From the NCBI GenBank assembly GCA_023249055.1, contig JAHFDH010000002.1, positions 3,226 to 52,843 of the forward strand: a stretch of 49,618 bases of DNA. The letters run 5' to 3'. The notes under the pieces were generated by a model that saw only the letters and a list, made by a program, of their open reading frames with translations, did no database searches and was not told the DNA's origin. How positions within the stretch are numbered: position 1 is the stretch's first letter; each line of letters starts with the position of its first letter. Shown here in pieces: positions 36,046 through 46,783 of the stretch. Position numbers and translations under genes: made by a program. Origin of the DNA: Candidatus Methylomirabilota bacterium (lineage in GTDB: Bacteria > Methylomirabilota > Methylomirabilia > Methylomirabilales > Methylomirabilaceae).

Positions 36046-37145
36046 GCGCCCTGCCTTGGGTCCAGACTCCAAAGCCGGATCGAGAATTTCGGCCGGCCTG
36101 GGGTCCCGTCATTGCGCAGGACTGCGCCGATTCGGCTGATGATTCTGGAGCCGGTTACCTGCCCCCTGGATTCAACATAGAACGTCTTGGACGACGTCGA
36201 AGCGCCGGCCATAACCTGCTGTGGGGCGGCAGCGCCCGGCTGGCCTGCCCTGACCACCTCGAAGCCTTGTCGGCCCCCGCCGGAGATGGACGTCAACAGA
36301 GCGCCAAGCGCTCCAAGATCGCCGATCTGACCTAGCGCTCGTCGGTCGAGGACGGCCTTGGTTTCGGCCGCCGTAAGCCCAAGCGCCATCAAGACATCAG
36401 GGCTCGCCGCCTTCATATTGACCTTTCCCGTCCCGAACACCGTGAGCGAACGGGCGATTCCAAGGTGCTCGCCCGGCCCGAGCTGCCGCTCCCAGGGGGG
36501 CGTCGACTCCAGCTCCTTCTGCCGCTGTGGACTGTCGATATTGCCGTACAGGATCTCGGGCGTCATCCCCTTCACCAGCAGCAATTCGTCGATCGAGTCG
36601 AAATCCGCGTTCTTCGCCCGATACGGAGTAGGCAACGCAAGATAATAGTCGTCCTCGGCGCCGTTGAGGCGATGGAAATTGTCAGGGTCCCGCCAGTCCT
36701 GAATCGAATCGACGATCGTTGAGAGGAGCCTCTCATCGGTCACCCCAGCGTTCGACAACAGCCGGCGAAGCACCGCGTCGTTGACTGGATTCATGGGGGC
36801 GTTGATAGCAATCTTGGCCTCCTCGTCGGCAAGCGTCACCCAATAGTTGCCGGGCCCAAGGGGGACATTCTGGTACGCAGTCGGATCGGCGCGCCATCGC
36901 GCCAGGACGACGTCATAGCCGCTCATGCCGGGCGGGACGTTCTGATCGGCGTTAATAAGCTCGGCAGCCGCCTGATAGATTCCGGCCTCGGCCAGGTGGT
37001 AGGCCATAGCCTCCTCTCTGAAGTTGCTGGCGGCGGCGAGCTCCGTCCGCATGGAAAATGTGAACGTTCCGAACATTACGCCCAGAAGCGCCAGAATCCA
37101 GAGGACCACCATAAGCGCCAGCCCGCGCTCCCCACCCTTTTTCAT
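36042..37145 (-). CDS. gspK: Minor pseudopilin GspK
   Basis: ERG|LALMVVLW, DEEAKIAIN, DWRDPD..GAE and ELLLVKGMT. Confidence 0.9.
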   Translation of the reverse strand: MKKGGERGLALMVVLWILALLGVMFGTFTFSMRTELAAASNFREEAMAYHLAEAGIYQAAAELINADQNVPPGMSGYDVVLARWRADPTAYQNVPLGPGNYWVTLADEEAKIAINAPMNPVNDAVLRRLLSNAGVTDERLLSTIVDSIQDWRDPDNFHRLNGAEDDYYLALPTPYRAKNADFDSIDELLLVKGMTPEILYGNIDSPQRQKELESTPPWERQLGPGEHLGIARSLTVFGTGKVNMKAASPDVLMALGLTAAETKAVLDRRALGQIGDLGALGALLTSISGGGRQGFEVVRAGQPGAAAPQQVMAGASTSSKTFYVESRGQVTGSRIISRIGAVLRNDGTPGRPKFSIRLWSLDPRQGA

Positions 37146-37870
37146 AGCGTCTGCCCCATTTGGACTGGAAATACCAACGGCGGGAGGATCAGATCGCGGG
37201 TTCCCTGCCGCCTTGGCTGCCGGATCGTCAGCGTGATTTCCACAGCCAACGGCAATCGCTCTGAGCCTCGCAGAGGCCGTTGAGCGCCACCGGGTCTCAC
37301 CGCCGGAGAGGGGAGTATCGCCGAGGTATCTCGTGAAGGATCCCAGGAGTCCCGCCAGATCGGGGTAAGCCTCTCCTCAGGCTTTCCCTCCGGAACCAGA
37401 TAGCGAAAGCGGGCCTCCAGGACCCGATCATCCAGCGTTGTCGTCTGGCCGGTCGTCGCGTCAAACGCTCCTCCGCGTCCCGCCAACGGATAGCTCGTCG
37501 TCGCCACTAATCCACGATCGAGTTGTACGGAGTACGTCACGATCGGAATCATGTGACTGAACGGCTCAGCCCCATAGCTTTGAGGGAGCGTCGCAAAGGA
37601 TAGGGAATCGGCGGTGCCCCGAAATACGATGATGTCTTTATCCTCTTCCTTGACGCGCAACGGATAGAGCATCATCAATTCCCGCGCGAGGAGATCAACG
37701 AGGCTCCGAGTTCGCTGATTCTGCTCCGCCCGCTGCTCCCCGCCTTCCCACGACCTGCTCCCAACCTGGAGTGCGCCGAGAATCGCTACAAAGATAAGCA
37801 CAAGGATCGTCATGGAAATCAGCAGTTCGAGCAGCGTAAAACCGGCGTTGCCAGATCGTTTCGCTGTCAT
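37142..37870 (-). CDS. gspJ: Minor pseudopilin GspJ
   Basis: AG|FTLLELLI prepilin motif; operon position. Confidence 0.8.
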   Translation of the reverse strand: MTAKRSGNAGFTLLELLISMTILVLIFVAILGALQVGSRSWEGGEQRAEQNQRTRSLVDLLARELMMLYPLRVKEEDKDIIVFRGTADSLSFATLPQSYGAEPFSHMIPIVTYSVQLDRGLVATTSYPLAGRGGAFDATTGQTTTLDDRVLEARFRYLVPEGKPEERLTPIWRDSWDPSRDTSAILPSPAVRPGGAQRPLRGSERLPLAVEITLTIRQPRRQGTRDLILPPLVFPVQMGQTL

Positions 37871-37877
37871 ATTCGCC

Positions 37878-38363
37878 CTACTTACGGACACGGATCTGCC
37901 CCAGTTTCTTCTCATCCACTGCCATTCTCTGTGTGTACAGGTCTAGAGATTTCTCTCCGCTGCGGCCAGGCCATATGACACGAATCCGCACCTGGTACAG
38001 TTGAGCAGGCAGCTCTTCCCTTTGAGGAAGGGGTCGGACCTCCGAGGTCCAACGGAATCCGCTGCCGAACTCCCCGCCACTTGTTGTTTCTCTAAGCGGA
38101 AACGTCACGACGGTCTCGGCCAGCTTTTGGCGACCCAGCAGGACAGCCTCAGTGTAATCCTCGGATGCTTTAGCCGAACGCACGCCGTTTGCAAGCAATT
38201 CCATGGCTAAGGCGAAGGTCACGCCGAGGATAGCCAGCGCAATGACCACCTCGAGCAACGTAAATCCAGGGCCTGAAGAGTGCAGTTGGGTCTTGGGGAC
38301 TGGGGATGCGGTCCTGGGTCTCGGGTGCAGGATCCAACATATATGATCTACCATCATTTTCAT
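37878..38363 (-). CDS. gspI: Minor pseudopilin GspI
   Basis: PG|FTLLEVVIALAI; operon position. Confidence 0.8.
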   Translation of the reverse strand: MKMMVDHICWILHPRPRTASPVPKTQLHSSGPGFTLLEVVIALAILGVTFALAMELLANGVRSAKASEDYTEAVLLGRQKLAETVVTFPLRETTSGGEFGSGFRWTSEVRPLPQREELPAQLYQVRIRVIWPGRSGEKSLDLYTQRMAVDEKKLGQIRVRK

Positions 38364-38905
38364 ATGCTTTCGGCGGCGTTGATGCGAACACGCCCGATCG
38401 AAGGGTCTACGACAATCCGGTATCCCCGCCCTTTCTCATTCGACAGCCACACCTCCCCGCCTGTCGAACTGCCGTTGGGAAAGAAGGCCATTGCGCCTCG
38501 CTCATCCTCGCGGAGCGGGCCTGTGTTGAGGACAACCGACTTGAGGGTGACGCCACTAGGCAGTGCACGCACTCGGGCCTGCCGCCATCGAGCCTCCCAT
38601 GGCTGCTCAGGATTTTCTGCCGTATTCACGTGCTCGATGCCGCTCAGCCGACTGATGAGCCATTCAGGTCCGCGCAGCCAGTACGCATTAGTCTGTCGGT
38701 CCAGCACGACCTCCACCACGCCTTGCTGGCTGATGGCCTGCGTCCTTGCAAAGCGACAGAGCGCGGCGAGATCTTTGGAGGCAGCTTGCAGCCGGAGTTG
38801 CCCGAACGGACGCCCGAGGCTCGGAGCGATCAACGCAACTGCCAAGGTAAGAATAAAAAGAACGACGGTGAGTTCGAGAAGTGTGAAGCCCGCTTTCCTA
38901 TTCAA
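38360..38905 (-). CDS. gspH: Minor pseudopilin GspH
   Basis: KAG|FTLLEL, ARTQAI and FFPNGSSTGG. Confidence 0.85.
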   Translation of the reverse strand: MNRKAGFTLLELTVVLFILTLAVALIAPSLGRPFGQLRLQAASKDLAALCRFARTQAISQQGVVEVVLDRQTNAYWLRGPEWLISRLSGIEHVNTAENPEQPWEARWRQARVRALPSGVTLKSVVLNTGPLREDERGAMAFFPNGSSTGGEVWLSNEKGRGYRIVVDPSIGRVRINAAESI

Positions 38906-39491
38906 CCCTCTCCCCGGCCCCTGCCCGTTTGATGCCCTGCCAACTTACGACATCCTGATTCTCTCCCTCGCCGCCGGCAACGCCGTCTCCGCCGTAGGAG
39001 AGAATGTCGTAATCCCCATGCTCACCGGGCGATTTGTAGACATACGTATGCCCCCAGGGATCCGGAGGGATCTCCTGCTTTTTCAAGTACGGTCCATCCC
39101 AGTTCTCCACCGCGCCAGGGTTGACCAGCAGGACGTTCAACCCTTCCTCGCTGGTGGGATAGCGGCCAACGTCGAGCCGAAAGTTATCCAGGGCAGCGCC
39201 GAACAGCTCAATCTGAGCCTGAGCCGCCGCCTGTTTTCCCTTGCCCACCCTGCCAAAGAGCTTGGGGCCCACGAGGGCCGCCAGCAGCCCAATGATGATG
39301 ATGACTACCAGCAGCTCGATGAGCGTGAAACCCGCCGGACGGCGGATTTCCCGATTTTGGATGTCGGATTTTGGGTGTCGGATTTTGGGCTGCTGATGGA
39401 AGCTATTCGATAGTAATGTGTCCTCCACGAACCCGGATGATATCGATGTGTCCCGCAAAAGCTGCGTCTCCTTATGCTGGTTGATGGACAA
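38898..39491 (-). CDS. gspG: Major pseudopilin GspG (start uncertain)
   Basis: AG|FTLIELLVV, LDNFRLDVGRYP, WDGPYL, DPWG..Y.Y..PG and SYGGDG. TTG 39491 follows AGGAGG. Confidence 0.9.
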   Translation of the reverse strand: MSINQHKETQLLRDTSISSGFVEDTLLSNSFHQQPKIRHPKSDIQNREIRRPAGFTLIELLVVIIIIGLLAALVGPKLFGRVGKGKQAAAQAQIELFGAALDNFRLDVGRYPTSEEGLNVLLVNPGAVENWDGPYLKKQEIPPDPWGHTYVYKSPGEHGDYDILSYGGDGVAGGEGENQDVVSWQGIKRAGAGERVE

Positions 39492-39540
39492 CGTTGCCCC
39501 TCCTCTGTGCCGGTCGCTTGAAATCCGACACTCAGACCGA

Positions 39541-40767
39541 TTATACCGGAAGCTCATTGATACTGAAGATGGCGAGCAGCATTGACAACACGATGAACCC
39601 GACAATAAGCCCAAGAGAAAGGATTAGGACAGGCTCCAGCAGTGATGTCAGGCGCTTGACCGTCCGCCGTACACGCTCATCGTATGTGTCGGCCACCTTG
39701 ATCAGCATCTCTTCGAGCCTTCCAGTCTCCTCCCCCACCCTGGCCATATGGATAGAAAAAGAAGGAAAGGCGGCGGTTGCCCGCAGCGGGCCGCTGATCC
39801 CTTCGCCCCGTTTCACCCCCTCCTGCAGCCTGGACATCGCGCCGGCGATCACTCGGTTGGTCACCGTCTCCCTAACAATAGATACGGCGTTCAGGACCGG
39901 AACTCCGCTTTGGAGAAGGGTCCCGAACGTCCGAGCAAAGCGGGAGACCTCGATTTCCCGAATCAGGCTGCCAAAGAGCGGTAGCGCCAGCTTCCACTCG
40001 TCCCACCGTACTCGCCCCTGCTCAGTCTGCAGATATGCTCGAAGCGAGATCCAGCCCACGACGATAAGTCCGATGAATATCCACCAATAACCGGTAGTGA
40101 ACCCGCTGATCGCCAAGAGAATCCTGGTCGGCAGCGGCATGAGCTGCTTGGTGTCGGCAAAGATCTGCGCAAATCGTGGAATGACGAAGTTCATCATCAC
40201 GACTACCGCCCCGCCGCCAACGAAGAGCAGCAATGCCGGGTAAATCAGGGCTGAGGTCACCTCGTCCCGGACCGCCTTCGACCGCTCCAGGAATCCGCCC
40301 AGCCGCGCAAGGATCATCTCCAACACACCGCTCGCTTCTCCCGCCTTCACCATGTTGACGTAGAGCCGCGAAAACAGCCGCGGATGTTTTGCCAGACTGT
40401 CGGCAAACGAACTGCCCGTCTGGATGTCGGTCAGGATGCCGCGGAGAATCGACCGGAACCGCTGGTTGTCGGTCAGATCCAGCAGGATCGCCATGCTACG
40501 ATCCAGCTCCATTCCGGCATCGAGCAACGTCGCGAGCTGTTGCGTAAACGCCAGAACATCCTGGGCGGACGGCCCCCTGCCGAACGCCGTCGGGTTTCGA
40601 ACGACGCCAAGTCTGGCCTCCGTCGCGCCGCTTGGCTGCCCGACCTTGATCGGATAGTAGCCGTTGGCCCGGAGCCAAGACACGACCGCCCGCTCATCGG
40701 CGGCCTCCATGCTGCCCCGGATGATCTTCGCAGTGCGATCAGTGGCGGTGTATTGAAATGTGCCCAT
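39541..40767 (-). CDS. gspF: Type II secretion inner-membrane platform GspF
   Basis: FTQQLATLLDAG, AGEASG, ALIYP, VGEETG and LLEP. Confidence 0.93.
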   Translation of the reverse strand: MGTFQYTATDRTAKIIRGSMEAADERAVVSWLRANGYYPIKVGQPSGATEARLGVVRNPTAFGRGPSAQDVLAFTQQLATLLDAGMELDRSMAILLDLTDNQRFRSILRGILTDIQTGSSFADSLAKHPRLFSRLYVNMVKAGEASGVLEMILARLGGFLERSKAVRDEVTSALIYPALLLFVGGGAVVVMMNFVIPRFAQIFADTKQLMPLPTRILLAISGFTTGYWWIFIGLIVVGWISLRAYLQTEQGRVRWDEWKLALPLFGSLIREIEVSRFARTFGTLLQSGVPVLNAVSIVRETVTNRVIAGAMSRLQEGVKRGEGISGPLRATAAFPSFSIHMARVGEETGRLEEMLIKVADTYDERVRRTVKRLTSLLEPVLILSLGLIVGFIVLSMLLAIFSINELPV

Positions 40768-40986
40768 ATGCTAATTTTATCTTTATTGACACAGAATTGT
40801 CGCACAGGTTTACGACTAAAACAACTACCGATGCACTGTCAACAGAAATTAGACCCTATGAGTGGAACGATCGCACCTGGGTAATCATCCCGGATAAACT
40901 GGCTCAGCAATGAGATTTGCTTGCCTTTTCTCGCGCTCATTGCGTATCGTTGTGCCGCAGTCAGATATTTCCCTTTCACCCGGAGA

Positions 40987-43900
40987 ATGTCCCCATTGAG
41001 AAAGCTTAAATCGACGCTGATCGTTCTGCTGCTGGGACTGGCGACCGCGGTCGTCGTCGGCCTGCTTCTACTCACGCTCTTTCTCCCCACACTCATCCAG
41101 CGGTTCGCCTGCGCGCCGTACGGGATTCGCTGCACCGTCGGGCAGGCCAACATCCGCCCCCACCCGAACATGACCGCGGATATTGTCATCAGCCATCTCA
41201 TTCTGTTTGACCCGGATGGCCGCAGTGTGGCGCTCCGGGTGAAGCATCTCGCCGCCACACTGAACATTCCGGGACTGATCTTCACGCGTCAGGTCATGCC
41301 GACCGACGTGCGGATCGAGAACCCCGAGCTGTTGCTCAGACAACTCGACGACAACCGATGGAATCTCCTGGCGTTGGTTCAGGAGGCGCAGCAACATTTG
41401 CAACCCGCTGCCCAGCCTGCCCCATCGCAGTTCCCACAGGTCTCTGTCACCGGCGGCATGCTTCAGTTCCGCGCCCATCAGGTGACCGATCTGAATATCT
41501 CGCTTGAGCCGAAGCAGGCTCCTTTGCTGTTTGAGGCGCAGGCACAAGCCACCGTCGGCGGACGATCGATTCGGATCAACGGCGCCCTGAGGAATACGCT
41601 TGAAGGGCAGATCGTGGCGCAGGTCCAGGAGCATGCCCTGAGCCAGGCCGGAGAAGCGACCCCACCCGGCATATTACGCTTATTGACGGCTCAGGCTGCC
41701 TTACGATTTCGCCTCAATCATCCGGATCGCACCATCACCATTCCCGAATGGTCGTTCGAGGCGGATGGGGCGCTGGCGCGCGGGAAGGCCGCCATTCGAT
41801 ATGCGAACTGGCCACCGGCTTATACGTTAACTGTCGCCGCGTGGCGGGCGGATCTCGGGGTATTGGCTCGCCAGCTCTCGGTCCCTTGGCTTTCCGGCCT
41901 TACCGGGATAGCGGAAGGCAGACCGACGACGCTGCAGGGCCGTTGGCCAGACCTGCCCGTTGGGCAGGTTGCGGCTATGTTCAAGGTCGATGGGCTGGAG
42001 TTCCCCGCCCAACAGTCTCGGATTGTTGAGTTGACCGGAGATCTCAGTCTTTACCGTACGGACAACAGGCTCCGGCTGCAGGCTGGGGTATACGGTAAAG
42101 CGCTTGAGCTGCTTGGACAGCAGTACGGCGCTCCCTCGCTTCAAGCCTCTCTCAGCGTCGATCCGGTAACCGGTGACGTAACCGCGGAGGCGCTGCACGC
42201 ATCGATCGCAGGAATGTCCGTCAGGGCGAGGGGGAGCGGACAGCGGTGGGGACGTGAGAATCTCACCGTCACGACAACCGAGTTCAAGATCGAGCCGACC
42301 CTTCTCGCGCAACTTTCCCATGTGGCCGGCAGGACTGTCTCGATCACAAAAGTTGTCGATCCCTCAATCTCCGTCTGGTGGCCGGGCGCCGGGCGCCCAT
42401 GGAAGATAGAGATCGCGAGCCGATCGGCACGCCTCCGCGCAGCCGCCATGAACGATGCGGCCATCCTGCAGCGCGCCCGGATTGCCATCCAGGGAGTCGA
42501 GATGTCGGGACGTAGCCTTGCAGGAACACTTGCCATCGAACAGGCCGACCTCGCCGGTCGACGTCTGCGCGCGTTTCGAGCCGGATTCGAACTCAGCCCT
42601 GACCAGATTCGACTTCCCGAGTTTCAGGCCGCTGTCGGTGATGGAGCCATTCAGGGCCATGCCTCGCTGTTGAGAAATAGGCCCATGCGGGAGATACGCC
42701 TTGCGCTTTCGGCGCGCGGCCTCCGCCCGCAATTGCTGCTTGCCTCTACCGAACAAACGGACCAGGCGCACGGCATCACGCTCAACGCCGAACTCTCGGT
42801 CGATGCCGCATTCGGCGGATCGCAGTCGCTCGTTGCCGACGGCAGGATCATGATTCACGATCTCGCGCTCAGTCTGGCGCGGAACACGACGAAGCCGACC
42901 CCGCCGCTCATGAGATTCCAGGGATCAATTCCCTTCACCCTCGATAAGGGCCTGCTGACGATCCCCAAGACAACTTTTCACGGAGATGGGGGATTCGCAT
43001 TCAACCTCACGGGCAGCTTGCCGCTGGGCCATGACGGTTCCAGCGTCTCCCGCTTTCACCTCTCCGTCCCATGGACGGAGGCCTCAACGCTTCATTCGAC
43101 GGTCGCCGCCCTGACGGGGGGCGAACCTCAGGCAACTCGCCTCGCCGGTCAGCTTCAGACCGATCTGGAACTTATCGGCCAGAACTACCATGGGGCGCTC
43201 GCCCTGCGGAACGTCAGCATAGAATCACAATTCTTCCGCCTGAATGCGGCAACCGGCGTTATCCCGCTGCGCGGCCGGTTCGGTCGGGGTTCGACGTTCG
43301 CCGCCGATCGCGCGTCGCCCTCGGAGCAGATTGGCGGACGCCGCCTCTCAGAACGGGAATATCAGACAGCGGTAGAGCAGTTGTCCAAAACGTCGATCAA
43401 GGTCCCCGACTCGCTGACCATCACCTCGTTGAACTACGATCCGATCGAACTCCGTGATATCAGGGTCGCCCTCGCCCCATCCGAACATCAGGTCGCCATA
43501 CAGCGGTTGACGTTTGACGCCTGGGGCGGGCGGTGGAGCGGCTGGGGAACGGTCGAGCCGCTGGGAGGGGGGATCGAGTTGACCGTCCTCACTGAAGGAC
43601 TCAGTCTGCGCGCAATTTGTGATGCCTTTCGGTCATTTCAGGGGTATATTAGCGGTCGGATCAACGGGATGGCAGATCTCCGGATCCCGGGCTTTGCTCT
43701 CGGGCAAGCGCAAGGCAATGCACGATTCTGGACTGTCGGTTCCCTGCAAGAGGGACGGAAGATCAGCCGCGCTCTGATCGAGCAGTTGGCGGGACAGCGA
43801 ATACGATATTTCAGCCCGTTTGGGGTCGCCCGCCGCTATGACCGCGGCGTACTGGATGTGGGCTTGAACGCCGGCGATCTGATCTTCCATGAGTTGGAGA

Positions 43901-44040
43901 TCTCCCACACAGCGCTGGGCTGGAAGGATCTGGATGTTCGCGTCTCGCCCACCTTCAACAAGATCGGGTTGACCCACCTGATGGAGAGCATCCGTGAGGC
44001 GATCGATCGAATGAGAGCCTCGGCCACGTCAAACAACTGA
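40987..44040 (+). CDS. Large AsmA/YdbH-like periplasm-spanning protein
   Basis: Single N-terminal TM, WNL AsmA-like motif, long amphipathic beta-rich body; upstream of a YdbL-like gene. Confidence 0.6.
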   Translation: MSPLRKLKSTLIVLLLGLATAVVVGLLLLTLFLPTLIQRFACAPYGIRCTVGQANIRPHPNMTADIVISHLILFDPDGRSVALRVKHLAATLNIPGLIFTRQVMPTDVRIENPELLLRQLDDNRWNLLALVQEAQQHLQPAAQPAPSQFPQVSVTGGMLQFRAHQVTDLNISLEPKQAPLLFEAQAQATVGGRSIRINGALRNTLEGQIVAQVQEHALSQAGEATPPGILRLLTAQAALRFRLNHPDRTITIPEWSFEADGALARGKAAIRYANWPPAYTLTVAAWRADLGVLARQLSVPWLSGLTGIAEGRPTTLQGRWPDLPVGQVAAMFKVDGLEFPAQQSRIVELTGDLSLYRTDNRLRLQAGVYGKALELLGQQYGAPSLQASLSVDPVTGDVTAEALHASIAGMSVRARGSGQRWGRENLTVTTTEFKIEPTLLAQLSHVAGRTVSITKVVDPSISVWWPGAGRPWKIEIASRSARLRAAAMNDAAILQRARIAIQGVEMSGRSLAGTLAIEQADLAGRRLRAFRAGFELSPDQIRLPEFQAAVGDGAIQGHASLLRNRPMREIRLALSARGLRPQLLLASTEQTDQAHGITLNAELSVDAAFGGSQSLVADGRIMIHDLALSLARNTTKPTPPLMRFQGSIPFTLDKGLLTIPKTTFHGDGGFAFNLTGSLPLGHDGSSVSRFHLSVPWTEASTLHSTVAALTGGEPQATRLAGQLQTDLELIGQNYHGALALRNVSIESQFFRLNAATGVIPLRGRFGRGSTFAADRASPSEQIGGRRLSEREYQTAVEQLSKTSIKVPDSLTITSLNYDPIELRDIRVALAPSEHQVAIQRLTFDAWGGRWSGWGTVEPLGGGIELTVLTEGLSLRAICDAFRSFQGYISGRINGMADLRIPGFALGQAQGNARFWTVGSLQEGRKISRALIEQLAGQRIRYFSPFGVARRYDRGVLDVGLNAGDLIFHELEISHTALGWKDLDVRVSPTFNKIGLTHLMESIREAIDRMRASATSNN

Positions 44041-44080
44041 ACGGCAGTCGGTAAAGACCGTAACCGGAAGGAGATCGTGG

Positions 44081-44752
44081 ATGCGTAACTACCGAGGACT
44101 GTTTGCCATGTGTACCGTAAGCGCGTTACTCAGCTTTGCCGCATGCGCCAACATTACCGTCAACATCTATTTTCCTGAAAAGGACGTCAAATCGGCCTAC
44201 AAGTCGCTTGAGGAGGAGTTGCTGCAAACACCGAAGAAGGAGCAGCAAGAACCGCCGGCGGAGTCGCCACGATCAGACCTTCGGCAAGATCGCCAATCAC
44301 TGCTGGCCGTGATCCGTGCTTCGCGAGTGACGCTGGTAACCGAGGCGATGGCGCAGGAGGATCTCTCGCGGCGAATTACCGAGGAGATTAAAGGCTATCC
44401 CGAGGTGGTCGCTGCCTATAAAGGGATCGGCCAGCGGCTCCCCCGGATGAACCAGCTTCGAGAGCGCGGGTTGGCGGGCGAGGCGAACGATGGGAAGGCA
44501 GTGTTACGCGCGAATCCTCCCCAGGTGGGAGATGCGGAAACGGCGCTGCTGCGGGAAGAGAACAACGACCGGGAGGTCGTGATCAACGGGATGGCCAAGG
44601 CGATCCTGAAACTCACCCGGCAAGAGGGAACCTCGGCGAACCTGGCGAGGGTGAAGTCGCAGGCCTCCGAAACCTTTGCATCGATCCGTCGCGAGGCAGC
44701 TCACCCAGGCTGGTGGATCCAGCATCCGAACGGCACCTGGACACGCAAGTGA
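44081..44752 (+). CDS. YdbL/DUF1318-like lipoprotein
   Basis: FAAC lipobox + ITVNIYFP, GLAGEANDG, EENNDR and GWWIQ.PNG.W. Confidence 0.75.
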   Translation: MRNYRGLFAMCTVSALLSFAACANITVNIYFPEKDVKSAYKSLEEELLQTPKKEQQEPPAESPRSDLRQDRQSLLAVIRASRVTLVTEAMAQEDLSRRITEEIKGYPEVVAAYKGIGQRLPRMNQLRERGLAGEANDGKAVLRANPPQVGDAETALLREENNDREVVINGMAKAILKLTRQEGTSANLARVKSQASETFASIRREAAHPGWWIQHPNGTWTRK

Positions 44753-44781
44753 TTCCAGGTCTGTCTATCGGCTGCTGAGCG

Positions 44782-46731
44782 CTACTGCTCTTCGTATTTG
44801 GCCTTGAGCTCGGCCACCACATTGGCGTCCGCCAGTGTGGTGGTGTCACCCAACGCCCGGCCTTCGGCAATGTCGCGAAGCAGGCGGCGCATGATCTTGC
44901 CGCTCCGGGTTTTGGGCAGCTCAGCCGTAAAGATCAGGTCGTCCGGCCTGGCGAAGGCGCCAATCTTCTTGACGACGTGCGCCTTGACCTCCGCCTGGAG
45001 CTCTGGCGTGGGCCTGATACCGTCCCGGATGGTCACGAAGGCGGCGATGGCCTGCCCCTTGATCTCGTGGGTACGGCCAATCACGGCCGCCTCAGCCACG
45101 GCAGCGTGATCCACGAGGGCGGACTCCACCTCTGCCGTAGACACACGATGTCCGGAGACGTTCATCACGTCATCGACGCGACCCAGCAGCCAGAAATCGC
45201 CATCCTTGTCTCGACTGGCCCCGTCACCGGTGAAGTAGATACCCTTATATTTCGACCAGTACTCCTTGACGAAGCGATCCGAATCGTTCCATATCCCGCG
45301 GAGCATGCCCGGCCAGGGCTGACGAAGCACGAGGTAGCCGGTCGCGGCGGGCTTGCCGTTCTCATCCACGACCTCAGCGTCGATCCCTGGGAATGGGCGG
45401 GCAGCCGAACCGGGCTTGAGCGTCGTAATCCCCGGCAGCGGCGTAATCAGGATGTGGCCGGTTTCCGTCTGCCACCAGGTGTCCACCACCGGGCAGCGGC
45501 CGCCGCCGATCACCTGCCAGTACCAGACCCACGCCTCCGGATTGATCGGCTCGCCGACGCTGCCGAGCAGGCGAAGGCTGGAGAGATCACAGCGGTTCGG
45601 ATACTCTTCACCCCACTTCATAAAGGTGCGGATAGCCGTCGGCGCCGTGTAGCAGATCGTGATTCCATGCTTCTCGATGATGCGCCAGAAGCGATCTTTG
45701 TCAGGGTAGTCCGGGGTCCCCTCGTACATGACGGTGGTGGCCCCATTGGCCAGCGGCCCGTAGACAACGTATGAATGACCCGTGACCCAGCCTACGTCGG
45801 CGGTGCACCAGTAGACATCGTTGTCCTGGAGATCGAAGACCCACTTGTGTGTGGCAACCACTCCGGTCAGGTAGCCGCCCGTCGTATGGATAATCCCCTT
45901 CGGTTTGCCGGTTGAGCCGGAGGTGTAGAGGAGAAAGAGCATATCCTCGGCGTCCATAGTCTCGGGGGCGCACGTAGCCGGCGCATCCTTGATGAAATCG
46001 GTCCACCAGATATCCCGGCCCGGCTCCATCTCTATCGTCTGTCCGGTCCGCTTCACGACGACCACCGTCTTGACCCCTGGACACGCCTTGAGTGCGATGT
46101 CGGTATTCTTCTTGAGGGGTACCACTGCGCCGCGACGATAGCCGCCGTCGGCCGTAATCACGAGGGCCGAGTCGGCGTCGAGGATGCGATCCCGGACCGC
46201 CTCCGGCGAGAAGCCGCCGAAGATGACGCTGTGGGGCGCGCCGATGCGCGCACACGCCAGCATCGCGATGGCGACCTCCGGAATCATCGGCATATAGATG
46301 GTGATCCGATCCCCTTTCTTGACTCCGTGCCGCTTAAGAGCCGCCGCGAAGCGGTTGACCTCCCGATACAGATCCCAGTAGGTGAAGGTCCGCGTGTCGC
46401 CGGGTTCCCCCTCCCAGATAAGGGCGGCCTTGGTGCGCAACGGACCGTTCACATGGCGATCGAGACAGTTGTAGGCAACGTTGAGCTTCCCGCCACAAAA
46501 CCACTTGGCGTGCGGCGCCTTCCATTGCAGCGCCTGCTTCCACGGCTTGAACCAGTCAAGCGCCTTGGCCTGGCGCTCCCAGAACCGGACTGAATCTTTT
46601 GCCGCCTCCTTATAGACGGACGGCGTATTGACCACCGCGCGCTTGGCGAACGCCTTCGGCGGCTTGAACTTTCGTCTCTCTTTCAGAAGTGCCGCAATCG
46701 GGATATCGCCTCGACTACGAGTCTGGGCCAT
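44782..46731 (-). CDS. acs: Acetyl-CoA synthetase
   Basis: [31 protein letters not shown] and [12 protein letters not shown]. Confidence 0.95.
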   Translation of the reverse strand: MAQTRSRGDIPIAALLKERRKFKPPKAFAKRAVVNTPSVYKEAAKDSVRFWERQAKALDWFKPWKQALQWKAPHAKWFCGGKLNVAYNCLDRHVNGPLRTKAALIWEGEPGDTRTFTYWDLYREVNRFAAALKRHGVKKGDRITIYMPMIPEVAIAMLACARIGAPHSVIFGGFSPEAVRDRILDADSALVITADGGYRRGAVVPLKKNTDIALKACPGVKTVVVVKRTGQTIEMEPGRDIWWTDFIKDAPATCAPETMDAEDMLFLLYTSGSTGKPKGIIHTTGGYLTGVVATHKWVFDLQDNDVYWCTADVGWVTGHSYVVYGPLANGATTVMYEGTPDYPDKDRFWRIIEKHGITICYTAPTAIRTFMKWGEEYPNRCDLSSLRLLGSVGEPINPEAWVWYWQVIGGGRCPVVDTWWQTETGHILITPLPGITTLKPGSAARPFPGIDAEVVDENGKPAATGYLVLRQPWPGMLRGIWNDSDRFVKEYWSKYKGIYFTGDGASRDKDGDFWLLGRVDDVMNVSGHRVSTAEVESALVDHAAVAEAAVIGRTHEIKGQAIAAFVTIRDGIRPTPELQAEVKAHVVKKIGAFARPDDLIFTAELPKTRSGKIMRRLLRDIAEGRALGDTTTLADANVVAELKAKYEEQ

Positions 46732-46783
46732 CATCACCTCACTCATTGCAAAGACGAGAACGTCAGAAGAGATTCGCGGGCCG

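Noticed and set aside
40786-40842. Facing TTGACA boxes between gspF and the AsmA-like gene
   Set aside because: No convincing -10 hexamer at 16-18 nt for either box; not called.
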